NCBI GenBank assembly: GCA_963759085.1
Contig: CAVWXR010000011.1
Coordinates: 91,707-155,706 of the forward strand
DNA length: 64,000 nt
DNA from: an uncultured Actinomycetes bacterium
GTDB lineage: Bacteria; Actinomycetota; Thermoleophilia; Gaiellales; Gaiellaceae
Direction of reading: 5' to 3'
Below are positions 10,326 to 18,491 of the stretch, one piece after another. The notes beneath the pieces were generated by a model, which searched no databases, had not been told where the DNA came from, and saw only the letters and a list, made by a program, of their open reading frames with translations. Made by a program: the position numbers and the translations under genes. Each line of letters begins with the position of its first letter. Position 1 is the first letter of the stretch.

Positions 10326-10483
10326 GAGGCGGCCGCAGCCCGCCGGAGCAGCACGGGGCGATCGAGCGGGTCGACATCCTTCCCGGTGAGCACCCGATCG
10401 TGCCGGTGATGATCGGCGACGAGCTCGAGGCGGCGCGGTTCTCCGAGCGGCTCGTCGAGGCGCGTGGGCACGGGGTCGCATGA
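10326..10483 (+). pseudogene. degraded second copy of the kbl 3' region (three kbl-derived pieces fused)
   Basis: Reads [51 protein letters not shown]. Piece 1 is diverged from kbl 9085-9125 ([18 protein letters not shown]). Piece 2 is identical to 9365-9451. Piece 3 resembles 9577-9590 (VEAR). The junctions sit at microhomologies (GACATCCT, GAGCGG.T.GTC). Confidence 0.8.
10371..10457 (+). repeat. second copy of the 87-bp kbl segment
   Basis: Identical to 9365-9451. Confidence 0.95.
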
Positions 10484-10486
10484 AGG

Positions 10487-10513
10487 GCGCGCGTCTGACA
10501 TAGGTCCGCGCGC
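10487..10513. repeat. GC hairpin carrying a GCGCGCGTCTGACA module (shared with 27625-27638)
   Basis: GCGCGCG (10487-10493) pairs with CGCGCGC (10507-10513). The first 14 nt are identical to the copy upstream of thrS. Confidence 0.6.
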
Positions 10514-10663
10514 TGTTGACTGCTGAAGAGGCGTCGCGATACGCTTGGCTCAATCCCCGGCGCGAAGGCCCGACAACAGATCGGTGCCGAGGACGCCGGG
10601 AACCCCAAGCCAAAAAAGGAAAGGGGTCCCGCTTGGAGGCTTGCCCAACAGAGCTCTGATCAG

Positions 10664-12138
10664 ATGCTGGTCGCCGTCCAGTTCCCCATCTGCGACTCGC
10701 GCATCTTCTTTCCGACTGCGACCGCCAGGCTGCCGGTGCCCGAGTGGCCCACGCCGCGCTTCAGCGAGAACCCTGAGTTCCTTCGCTTCTTCGGCCCCGC
10801 GGCCCTGCGGAAGCTCGGGGCGAACCCGGCCTGGTTTGGCGAGACCGTGTACTGCTCCGCTCGTCGCGCGCTCCGATTCGTGAACCTCCCCGTTTCGCCG
10901 GAGGTTGGCGATGACGGCTACGAGTTGCCGACCTGCGCCTTTCGGCGCTTCTTCAGCGACGGTGACAATGCGGCGCGCGTCGAAATCGGCATCCGGCTCG
11001 CCCGAGCTTCGACGGGCCCAGATCTGACGGTGGTCGACGCGATTGCGAGGTCCAGTCGGTTCTGGAGATCCAGACACGGGTGAAGGGATCGGCTGGCCCC
11101 ACTCGGCTGATGGCTCAGAGCTCAGCCCTGGCGCGGCTCTACCGTCGGCGTCGAGCCAGGGGAACGCATCGGTCCCGGCCCTTCCGGAGCTGGTCAAGAG
11201 CGGGAGCCCGATCGTCGTTGTCGAGCGCGACTGGTCCGAGAGGTTTGAGCTTCCGAAGGACGCGACCGCCATCCAGCATCCACAACTCTCCGGGACGCCT
11301 GCGTGGTTTGCGTGGATCCGGACGGGGGTCGGCGCCGTGGGCGTGTGGTTCATCGGCCCGGAGAAGCCGAACACGACGATGCCGCTGCGGACGTTGCGTC
11401 TGGCGCTCCTTCGCCTTCACATCGAGCAAGAGGCTCTCGATCTAGTGCTGAAGCAGATCCGTCGAGGGGCCTTGCCGTATGCGCCGCGAACGGATGCAGG
11501 AAATCTTCTCGAGGACTACCTCAACCGGATGACCGACCTGCTTGGTCGCAGCAAGCGGTTCAGCGTGCCTCAGCGCGAGTTGCTGAGGGCGCTGGCCCGC
11601 TCGGGCGCGGGGACGGCCAACGATCCCACGGAGTTGCTCGACCGGCTGAAGGGAGCGAGGCGCCAGGTGCTCAAGAAGATCGAGGACTACGAGCTCGAAC
11701 GAGAGGCATCCCGACCCGTAACGGTGTACTCAACTCAGGGAGGAGATCTTCACGTGGAGGAGCAGCACAATTCGGGCACGTTCTATGGGCCCGTGATCAA
11801 TTCGGTGATCGCCGAGCGGATCGAGAACAGCTTCAACGTCGTCAACAACTCGAACGCGTCGGACGAGCTGAAGCAGGCTCTGGATCGCTTCACGACGAGG
11901 TCCAGGAGACGCTTGCCTCGATGCCGGAGGGCCAGCAAGGCGAGGCCGAAAGACTGAGCAGCGCCCTGGAGACGTCTCGGGGAAGGCGGTGAAGGAAAAG
12001 CCGTTGCTCGAAGTGGTCAGAGCGGCCGGCGGTGAGATCCTCTCGGCCGCGAAGACGGTCGCGGAACACGCCGAGCCGGTGCTGCGAGCGGTGAACGCCA
12101 TCCTCGGGATTCTGGGGGCGGCGGCGATCCTGCTCTGA
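10664..12138 (+). pseudogene. unknown ~490-codon gene split over at least four frame segments; C-terminal hydrophobic tail
   Basis: Protein-like translation continues across frames. Segments: 10664-~11050 (MLVAVQFPICDSRIFFPTATARLPVPEWPTPRF...); ~11150-11890 (...ELVKSGSPIVVVERDW...RTLRLALLRLHIEQEALDLVLKQI...ENSFNVVNNSNASDELKQALDR); 11888-11985 (LHDEVQETLASMPEGQQGEAERLSSALET); 11989-12138 (VKEKPLLEVVRAAGGEILSAAKTVAEHAEPVLRAVNAILGILGAAAILL*). Two resolved junctions are one-base losses in CC (about 11889) and AAA (about 11984). The breaks near 11050-11150 are not resolved. Confidence 0.55.
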
Positions 12139-12208
12139 ATGCGAGGTGCGACTGCGCCAGCCCTGCTGAAAAAGACAGTTGATGTGGTAATACTATCGGT
12201 AGTATCCT

Positions 12209-12440
12209 GTGCATCAAGAGCGTAGCGCTCCCGACGAGGAGGTCGAGCCTGGACGCGTATGCCGCGGCGGAGGGGTTTGCCTCCCGCTCGGCCGTCTTGC
12301 ACCGCGCCGTCCGGCTGCTCCGGGCGGCGGAGCTCGAGCCGGCCTACGAGGAGGCCTTCGCCGACTGGGAGCAGACGGGCGCCGCCGACGAGTGGGAGGC
12401 CACGGCGGGCGACGGCCTCAAACACGATGCTGCGAGGTGA
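12209..12440 (+). CDS. ribbon-helix-helix (CopG/MazE-like) antitoxin, frame broken near 12245-12252
   Basis: The frame ending at TGA 12438-12440 reads ...LDAYAAAEGFASRSAVLHRAVRLLRAAELEPAYEEAFADWEQTGAADEWEATAGDGL, typical of an RHH antitoxin. That frame has no start codon. The only start is GTG 12209 in another frame (MHQERSAPDEEVE). Overlaps mazF by 14 nt. Confidence 0.6.
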
Positions 12441-12807
12441 GATCCGGCTCGTCGACCTGGAGCCCGTGCGCGGCTCCGAGGCCGACAAGCGACGGCCGGC
12501 GGTGATCGTCAGCAACGACGGAGCGAACGGCGCCGCCGCGCGGCTCGGACGCGGCGTCATCACCGTCGTTCCCGTCACCTCGGCCACTGACCGCGTCGAC
12601 CTGTTCCAGGTCCTGCTCCGAGCCGCGGACACCGGGCTGCACAGCGACTCGAAGGCTCAGGCCGAGCAAGTCCGGTCGGTCGCGGTCGAGCGCCTCGGCG
12701 CCAAGGTCGGCGCGCTGCCACCGGCCCTGCTGGCCGATCTCGACGAGACTCCGGCTCCATCTCGAGGAGAACCGGCTAGAGAAGGCGCAAGAGCTCAGCC
12801 CGGCTGA
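12427..12807 (+). CDS. mazF: PemK/MazF family endoribonuclease toxin
   Basis: MLRGEIRLVDLEPVRGSEADKRRPAVIVSNDGAN...VVPVTSA... from ATG 12427 inside track ORF 12259-12807. The C-terminal tail looks atypically long. Confidence 0.85.
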   Translation: MLRGEIRLVDLEPVRGSEADKRRPAVIVSNDGANGAAARLGRGVITVVPVTSATDRVDLFQVLLRAADTGLHSDSKAQAEQVRSVAVERLGAKVGALPPALLADLDETPAPSRGEPAREGARAQPG

Positions 12808-12880
12808 CGCCTGCAGTTCGAAGAATGTTCAGCAACGTCCCACGTTTGATCGGCCGGCTTCCGAGCGACCCGCACGGCAA
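12776..12880 (-). pseudogene. possible hicA remnant (C-terminal half only)
   Basis: A 34-codon piece just downstream of hicB reads (L)PCGSLGSRPIKRGTLLNILRTAGVSRAELLRLL. It resembles the C-terminal VPxHxxxxLxxGTLxxILxxAG segment of HicA. The N-terminal half with the catalytic His is absent. Confidence 0.3.
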
Positions 12881-12902
12881 GTGACAGGCGGGAGCTTGGG
12901 GC

Positions 12903-13118
12903 TCACACCTGAACCGCGACGCTACCTCGCTGCATCGTCGGGATCGGCAGTCCGTCCTCGCGCATGACTTCGAGATAGCCCTCGATCGCCTCCTTCGCCA
13001 TCGCGTGGGCCTCTTCGACCGTTTCGCCCTGCGTGGCGATGCTTCGGAGATCGGGCACGAAGACACTGAAGCCCCCTTCGGGTTCTGCTTGCAGCACGAT
13101 CTCGTATTCGCGGGTCAT
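12903..13118 (-). CDS. hicB: HicB family antitoxin (UPF0150 fold)
   Basis: MTREYEIVLQAEPEGGFSVFVPDLRSIATQGETVEEAHAMAKEAIEGYLEVMREDGLPIP, from ATG 13118 inside track ORF 12903-13217. Confidence 0.85.
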   Translation of the reverse strand: MTREYEIVLQAEPEGGFSVFVPDLRSIATQGETVEEAHAMAKEAIEGYLEVMREDGLPIPTMQRGSVAVQV

Positions 13119-13177
13119 TGCTCGGCCAGGGTACGGGATTCGGGCATGCGCATGGCGGGGCGGAATAGGATCGGCAC

Positions 13178-14074
13178 GTGCATCGCGACGATGACGTTCG
13201 CACTTCCTGCTTCGCATCGCTAGACGTTCTTTGCGCCACGTTTGGAGAGGACGTGCCCTATAAGGGTGGGCTCGATCGAGGCTTCCCGTTCCGTGGACAG
13301 CGCGTCCCGTTCCTGTCGCCGCAGAAAGGCATCTTCCGAGCGGCGGCCCAACGCGGGCCCGTTGCTCTCTCGATCAGCACGTCGTCGAAGTCACCCTACG
13401 ACGACGAAGAGGTCGAGCAGGGCTTCCGCTACGCCTATCGCGCAGGCCCGATCGATCAACCGGACAACCGCGCGCTGCGGGCCGCGTTCGCCCTCCAGGT
13501 GCCGCTCGTCTACTTCGTCGCGACCCGACCGGGCAGGTACAGGCCGATCTACCCCTGCTTCATCGCGGGGGACAACCCGGCGCTTCGCAACGTGACCGTC
13601 TCGCCGGGCCGGATGATCGGGCCGATGGACGAGCGGGAACCGGCCCCGTTCGAAGACAAGATCGAGCGCGGCTACGCCGTGCGCGAGACCCGCGTGCGCC
13701 TGCACCAGGCCCGCTTCCGTGGCCGGGTCCTCATGGCCTACCGCGACTCGTGCGCGATCTGCCGCCTCAAGGAGCTCCGTCTGCTCGACGCAGCGCACAT
13801 CGTCGGCGACGCGCAGCCGGGAGGCGAACCGCTCGTCAGCAACGGCCTGAGCCTCTGCTCGATCCACCACCGGGCGTTCGACCAAGACCTCGTCGGCGTC
13901 TCGCCCGACTACAAGGTCCACGTCTCCCGCAACCTGCTGGAGGACGAAGACGGGCCGATGCTCGAGCTCTTGAAGACGTTCCACCGCGAACCGATCGTCG
14001 TGCCCGCGCGTCAAGCGTGGCGGCCGGACCGTGAGCAGCTCGCGGTGCGGTTCGAGCGGTTCGTTTCAGGCTGA
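13178..14074 (+). CDS. HNH (HNH_2-type) nuclease with N-terminal recognition domain, COG3440-like predicted Type IV restriction endonuclease
   Basis: 298 aa. The C-terminal part has CAICRLKELRLLDAAHIVGDAQPGGEPLVSNGLSLCSIHHRAFDQDLVGVSPDYKVHV. The N-terminal ~150 aa reads GFPFRGQRVPFLSPQKGIF...YRAGPIDQPDNRALRAAFALQVPLVYF. Confidence 0.8.
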   Translation: MHRDDDVRTSCFASLDVLCATFGEDVPYKGGLDRGFPFRGQRVPFLSPQKGIFRAAAQRGPVALSISTSSKSPYDDEEVEQGFRYAYRAGPIDQPDNRALRAAFALQVPLVYFVATRPGRYRPIYPCFIAGDNPALRNVTVSPGRMIGPMDEREPAPFEDKIERGYAVRETRVRLHQARFRGRVLMAYRDSCAICRLKELRLLDAAHIVGDAQPGGEPLVSNGLSLCSIHHRAFDQDLVGVSPDYKVHVSRNLLEDEDGPMLELLKTFHREPIVVPARQAWRPDREQLAVRFERFVSG

Positions 14075-14269
14075 GCTCTTCGGTGAGCGAAAGAGTCTCA
14101 TTCTCGGCCACGGACAATTTGTCGGCTTACCGCAGCATGCGGGAGTGACGCTTCGCGAGATCATTCGCTTGCTCGAGGACGACGAGCCACACCGGCGTAG
14201 GGATCCGTGGGGCTGTCTTCGAGCATCAGCTGCCGCGATGCGCCGCGGGCTACGGTGCCGGGGAGGAGT

Positions 14270-14998
14270 TCAGCCGTGCGTTGTCTGCGTGAGCTGGGCG
14301 GCGCCTGTCAGCGCTTCGCCGACACGGACGACGTCGCCGATCACCAGGAGCGCCGGCGACTCAAGGCTCGCCGCGCGCACCGCGATCTCGTGCAGGTCGC
14401 CGCTCACCGATTCGCTGTCGTCATGCGTCCCACGCGCGATCACCGCTGCTGGGGTGTGGCCGTCCTTGCCCGCGTCGATCAGCCGGGCAGCAATCTCCGG
14501 TAGGTGGGTCACGCCCATGAAGACGACCAGCGTGCCAGGCGTCCTCGCCAGGTGCTCGTAGTCGAGCTCGTCGCCCTTCGCCGAGTGGCCGCTCACGAGC
14601 GTCACCTGCGCGGACACGCCGCGATGCGTGATCGGGATCCCCGCCGACGCCGGCACCGCCGACAACGCCGACACGCCCGGCACCACCTCGAACGGAACCT
14701 CCGCTTCCGCCAGCGCGAGCGCTTCCTCGCCGCCCCGGCCGAAGATGAACGGATCGCCGCCCTTCAGTCGCACGACCTCGAGGCCCCGCCGGCCCAGGTC
14801 GACGAGCAGCTCGTTGATCACCGACTGGTCGACGTTCTCACGCGAGATCAGCAGCGCGTCCTCGGGCGCCTCCGCGACCAGCTCCGGTGACACCAGCACG
14901 TCGTAGACCAGCGCTTCGCAGGAGCGCACGAGATCGAGGCCCTTCGCCGTGATCAGGCCCGGGTCTCCCGGGCCCGCTCCCACCAGGTACACGGTCAC
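14270..14998 (-). CDS. cobA: uroporphyrinogen-III C-methyltransferase
   Basis: GTG 14998 (VTVYLVGAGPGDPGLIT), RLKGGDPFIFGRGGEE. GTGA overlap with the upstream gene. Confidence 0.9.
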   Translation of the reverse strand: MTVYLVGAGPGDPGLITAKGLDLVRSCEALVYDVLVSPELVAEAPEDALLISRENVDQSVINELLVDLGRRGLEVVRLKGGDPFIFGRGGEEALALAEAEVPFEVVPGVSALSAVPASAGIPITHRGVSAQVTLVSGHSAKGDELDYEHLARTPGTLVVFMGVTHLPEIAARLIDAGKDGHTPAAVIARGTHDDSESVSGDLHEIAVRAASLESPALLVIGDVVRVGEALTGAAQLTQTTHG

Positions 14999-15555
14999 GC
15001 GAGGCTCTCCGTGACGAGCTCCTCGAAGTGGTCTCGGCGCTCCTCGTAGGTCGGGAACCGCTCCTTCACCGACGGGCGCAGGGCTCGCAGCTGCTCGGCC
15101 AGCACCGCGTGCTCCGGGCGCACCAGCGCGGCGATCTGCGAGCGCAGCCGCTTTGCCAACGCAGGCGAGGCGCCGCCGGTCGACACAGCCACCGCGATCG
15201 GGCCCTCTCGATGCACCGCGGGGAGGATGAAGTTGCACAGCTCGGGGACGTCGGCGACGTTGCACAGCATCCCGCGCGACTCCGCGTCGCGGTGGACGCG
15301 CCTGTTCACCTCGGTGTCCGACGTCGCGGCGATCACGAGGAACGCGCCCTTCAGGTCGCGCTTGCGGTAGCGGCGCCGCGTCCAGCTCACCGGCAGCGCG
15401 GCCAGATCCTCGTGCAGCTCCGGTGAGACGACGGTGACGAGTGCGCCGCAGTCGACGAGCCCGAATGCCTTCTCGAGCCCGACCGAGCCGCCGCCCACGA
15501 CCAGGCACCGGCGGCCGGCGACGTCCAGGCAGGCCATGTAGTAGTTCTTCGGCAC
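14995..15555 (-). CDS. precorrin-2 dehydrogenase / sirohydrochlorin ferrochelatase (SirC/CysG-N-like)
   Basis: CLVVGGGSVGLEK Rossmann motif, VSTGGASPALAKRLR; 186 aa. Confidence 0.85.
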   Translation of the reverse strand: MPKNYYMACLDVAGRRCLVVGGGSVGLEKAFGLVDCGALVTVVSPELHEDLAALPVSWTRRRYRKRDLKGAFLVIAATSDTEVNRRVHRDAESRGMLCNVADVPELCNFILPAVHREGPIAVAVSTGGASPALAKRLRSQIAALVRPEHAVLAEQLRALRPSVKERFPTYEERRDHFEELVTESLA

Positions 15556-15557
15556 CG

Positions 15558-16022
15558 CTAGGCCCCGATCGTGGCGAGGCGCGCTCCGGCCTTCCCGAGG
15601 CGGATCACGACTTCGTAGTCGCCGGTCGAGATCGTGACGCCGAACTCGCCCGGGCCGACGGCATTGACCGAGATCTGCTCCAGCGTCCGGCCTTCGAGCG
15701 CCTTCAGCGCTTCGGTCAGATCGCGCGCCGACTGCGTCAGCTCGCGTCCGGCCGGGAGCCTGCGGTAGAGGCCGAGTACCGCCTGCTCGCCCTCCGGGCC
15801 GTAGATCGAGCGGATCCGCCCCGTCTGCAGACCCAGCTCGAGCACCTCGGCGAGCGCTTCCGCGTCGTCGGCCTCGGTGATCTCGCCCTCGCCCAGAGCC
15901 GAGACGACGCCGGCCAGCCGGGAGCGCCGGCCTTCGTCCTGGAGCATCGCGAGCACCGCCAGCGCCTCGGCCGAGGCGACCTCGGCCGCGGTCTCCGAGA
16001 CCCGCACGACCTCAGACGGCAT
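15558..16022 (-). CDS. hypothetical protein inside the sulfate-assimilation operon
   Basis: 154-aa ORF packed tightly between cysH (11-nt overlap) and the precorrin-2 dehydrogenase gene. I recognise no family. Confidence 0.6.
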   Translation of the reverse strand: MPSEVVRVSETAAEVASAEALAVLAMLQDEGRRSRLAGVVSALGEGEITEADDAEALAEVLELGLQTGRIRSIYGPEGEQAVLGLYRRLPAGRELTQSARDLTEALKALEGRTLEQISVNAVGPGEFGVTISTGDYEVVIRLGKAGARLATIGA

Positions 16023-16797
16023 GCTCGCCGATCAGCGCGTGCAGCTCGTGCTCGAGACCGCCGCTCTCGACCGAGCAGTGGATCCCGCACTCCTTCGGCG
16101 CGCCCGACTCCCACCACCAGCGGCCCGACCGGCTCGCGGCGCCGGGCTCGACCGCGCGGGTGCACGGGGCGCAGCCGATCGACGTGTAGCCCTGGTCGTA
16201 GAGCGCGTGGTAGGGGACGTCGCGCTCGCGGATGTAGTCCCACACTTCCTGCTCGGTCCATTCGGCAAGCGGATTGAGCTTGATCACCGCGCCGTGGTCG
16301 TGGTCGAGCTCGACCTTGCGGATGTTCGTGCGGCTCGCCCACTGGTCGCGGCGCAGGCCGGTCACCCACGCGTCGAGTGAGTGCAGATGCTTCGTCAGCG
16401 GCCGCACCTTGCGCACGTTGCAGCAGAGGAGGCGCAGGTCGACGGACGTCGTGAAGAGGTCGGGGCCGTGCTTGCCGGTCATGCCTTCGACCTCGCCCGG
16501 CTCGGGCGAGATCAGGTTCAGGTCGAGCGCCGGGTAGCGCAGGCGCAGGCGGTCGGCGAGGTCGAGCGTCTCGGCGGGGAGCCGTCCGGTGTCGATCGAG
16601 AAGACCTTGATTGCCGGGTCGATCGAGTAGGCCATGTCGATCAGTGCGACGCTGTCGGCCTGGAACGAGGTCGAAATCGCGAGCCGGTCGCCGAACTCCT
16701 CGATCGCCCACGCGAGCAATGCCTCGGGCTCCTCGCCCTCGAACCGGATCGAGAGCTCGCCGGCCTCCATCTCGTCGTACAGCTCGACTGAGCTCAT
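16012..16797 (-). CDS. cysH: (phospho)adenosine phosphosulfate reductase, Fe-S type
   Basis: LLCCNVRKVRPL, YTSIGCAPCTRAV, KECGIHC. Confidence 0.9.
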   Translation of the reverse strand: MSSVELYDEMEAGELSIRFEGEEPEALLAWAIEEFGDRLAISTSFQADSVALIDMAYSIDPAIKVFSIDTGRLPAETLDLADRLRLRYPALDLNLISPEPGEVEGMTGKHGPDLFTTSVDLRLLCCNVRKVRPLTKHLHSLDAWVTGLRRDQWASRTNIRKVELDHDHGAVIKLNPLAEWTEQEVWDYIRERDVPYHALYDQGYTSIGCAPCTRAVEPGAASRSGRWWWESGAPKECGIHCSVESGGLEHELHALIGEHAV

Positions 16798-16819
16798 CGG
16801 TCAACCTCCGGTTGAACGC

Positions 16820-18472
16820 TCATGCCTCTGCCTCCTCATCCCGTTGCGCACGCGACTTGGCCGGCTCGAGACCCGCAAAGGCGCCGAGCTGTTGATCGGA
16901 CATCCGCCGTGCAAATGAAACGAACGACTCGCTCGCGACGCGATTGTCGAGCCAGCCCTGGATCAGTCCCTCGGTTGCCGCGTCGATCCCTTCCGACGGC
17001 ACGCGGCGGAAGAGCGCGCGGCCGATCTGCGGCTCCGGCCCGAGCGAGCCGCGGACGAAGATGTCGTAGGCCTGGCGGCGCTTGCCCTCGTCGTCGCGCG
17101 AGGTCGTCCCCTGGAAGCCGATGTCGCCGACCCAGTGCTGGGCGCAGGCGTGGGGGCAGCCGTCGAGGTGGAGGCGCAGCTCGGCGATGTCGTTCCCGAA
17201 GCGCTCGTCGAGCCGGTCGATCAGGCGGTCGAGGCGTGTCTTCGTCTCCGAGACCGAGAAGTTGCAGTGCGGCTCGCCGGTGCAGGCGATCGAGTTCCCG
17301 CGCACCGGGTTGATGTCGAGCGGGAAGCCGATCCGGTCGAGCTCGACGACGGCCTCGTGCACCGCTTCGGTGGGGATGCCGGTGACGATGAAGTTCTGCT
17401 GGCGCGTGAGCCGGATGTCGCCGCCGAAGCGCTCCGCCAGATCCGCGACCGCGATCATCTGATCGCCCGAGATCAGGCCCAGGTGCACCGGCACCCCGAT
17501 CATCTGCAGCCCTTCCTGGCGTTGCTCGGTGACGCCCATGTGGTGCTTGGGCTCGACCGTGATCGGCGGCAGGCTGTAGTCCTCGAGCTTGCGTCCGAGG
17601 CGGGTCTCGACGCGCTCCCGAATGCCTTCGGGCCCGATGTCGTCGACCATGAACTTGAGGCGGGCCTTCACGCGCGAGACGCGGTAGCGCAGATCCTCCG
17701 ACCAGACCGAGGTGATCGCGCCGAGGATCTCGTTCGCGTCCTCCTTCGGGATGAAGACACCCAGGTCGCGGGCGATCCGCGGCACCGACGACAGCCCGCC
17801 GCCGACGTGCACGGCGAAGCCCTCGCGGCCGTCGTTGATCGTGCCGAGCAGCGAGATGCAGTTGATCTCGGGCGCGTTGCAGCGGTCGGCGCAGGCGGAG
17901 ATCGAGTACTTGTGCTTGCGCGGCAGGTTCGCCCAGTCCGGGTTGCCGTAGAACATCGTCGCCGCCGCGTCGACGATCGGTGTGCAGTCGAACAGCTCGT
18001 CTTGGGCCAACCCCTCGACCGGGCAGCCGGTGATGTTGCGGACGGTGTCGCCGCAGCCGCCGGCGGTGGTCACGCCGGAGGCTTCGAGGTGGGCGAAGAC
18101 CTCCGGCAGCTTCGCGAGCTCGAGCCAGTGGAGCTGGATGTTCTGGCGGGTCGAGAGCTCGCCGTCGCCGCGGCCGAACAGGTTCGAGGTCTCGCCGATC
18201 GCGCGCAGCTCGTGCGGCGCGAGCTTCCCGGCGGGCACCTTGATCCGGAGCATGAACGTCCCGATCTTCGGCTTGTCGTGGTAGAGGCCCCACCACTGGA
18301 GGCGGACAACATCCTCCTCTGCGACGTTTTCATAGCCCTGCGCGATCAGCGCGGGGAGCTCGTCGCGGATTCCGAGCGGGGCCTTTTCGCGCTTCAGGCG
18401 CTCGACGGGATTACGTTTGAGAACAAGCTCCCAGTCGACCGGAACGGCTTCGCGAGCGCTCATGGCGGCCAC
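16820..18472 (-). CDS. ferredoxin-dependent sulfite (nitrite/sulfite) reductase, siroheme/4Fe-4S
   Basis: 550 aa with SIACTGEPHCNFS and HLDGCPHACAQHWVGDIGFQG. First gene of the operon. Confidence 0.9.
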   Translation of the reverse strand: MAAMSAREAVPVDWELVLKRNPVERLKREKAPLGIRDELPALIAQGYENVAEEDVVRLQWWGLYHDKPKIGTFMLRIKVPAGKLAPHELRAIGETSNLFGRGDGELSTRQNIQLHWLELAKLPEVFAHLEASGVTTAGGCGDTVRNITGCPVEGLAQDELFDCTPIVDAAATMFYGNPDWANLPRKHKYSISACADRCNAPEINCISLLGTINDGREGFAVHVGGGLSSVPRIARDLGVFIPKEDANEILGAITSVWSEDLRYRVSRVKARLKFMVDDIGPEGIRERVETRLGRKLEDYSLPPITVEPKHHMGVTEQRQEGLQMIGVPVHLGLISGDQMIAVADLAERFGGDIRLTRQQNFIVTGIPTEAVHEAVVELDRIGFPLDINPVRGNSIACTGEPHCNFSVSETKTRLDRLIDRLDERFGNDIAELRLHLDGCPHACAQHWVGDIGFQGTTSRDDEGKRRQAYDIFVRGSLGPEPQIGRALFRRVPSEGIDAATEGLIQGWLDNRVASESFVSFARRMSDQQLGAFAGLEPAKSRAQRDEEAEA

Positions 18473-18491
18473 CTTAGCTACGCCGGTTCAA

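Noticed and set aside
9365-10457. Simple integrative-element model, with the 87-bp repeats as attL/attR.
   Set aside because: The bracketed DNA has no integrase or excisionase. The remnant also carries kbl-like sequence on both sides of the repeat plus internal deletions, which a single site-specific crossover does not produce. I kept it only as one of several scenarios in the finding.
10550-11374. A 274-aa minus-strand ORF opposite the fragmented unknown gene.
   Set aside because: Its composition is less protein-like than the plus-strand segments, and it has no start context or motif. The plus-strand reading gives continuous sensible sequence across frames.
14145-14290. HicA-like N-terminus (VTLREIIRLLEDD...) between the HNH gene and cobA.
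   Set aside because: Only about 13 residues look HicA-like. The rest needs several frame changes, lacks the catalytic His context and overlaps the cobA 3' end. This is too weak to call a gene.
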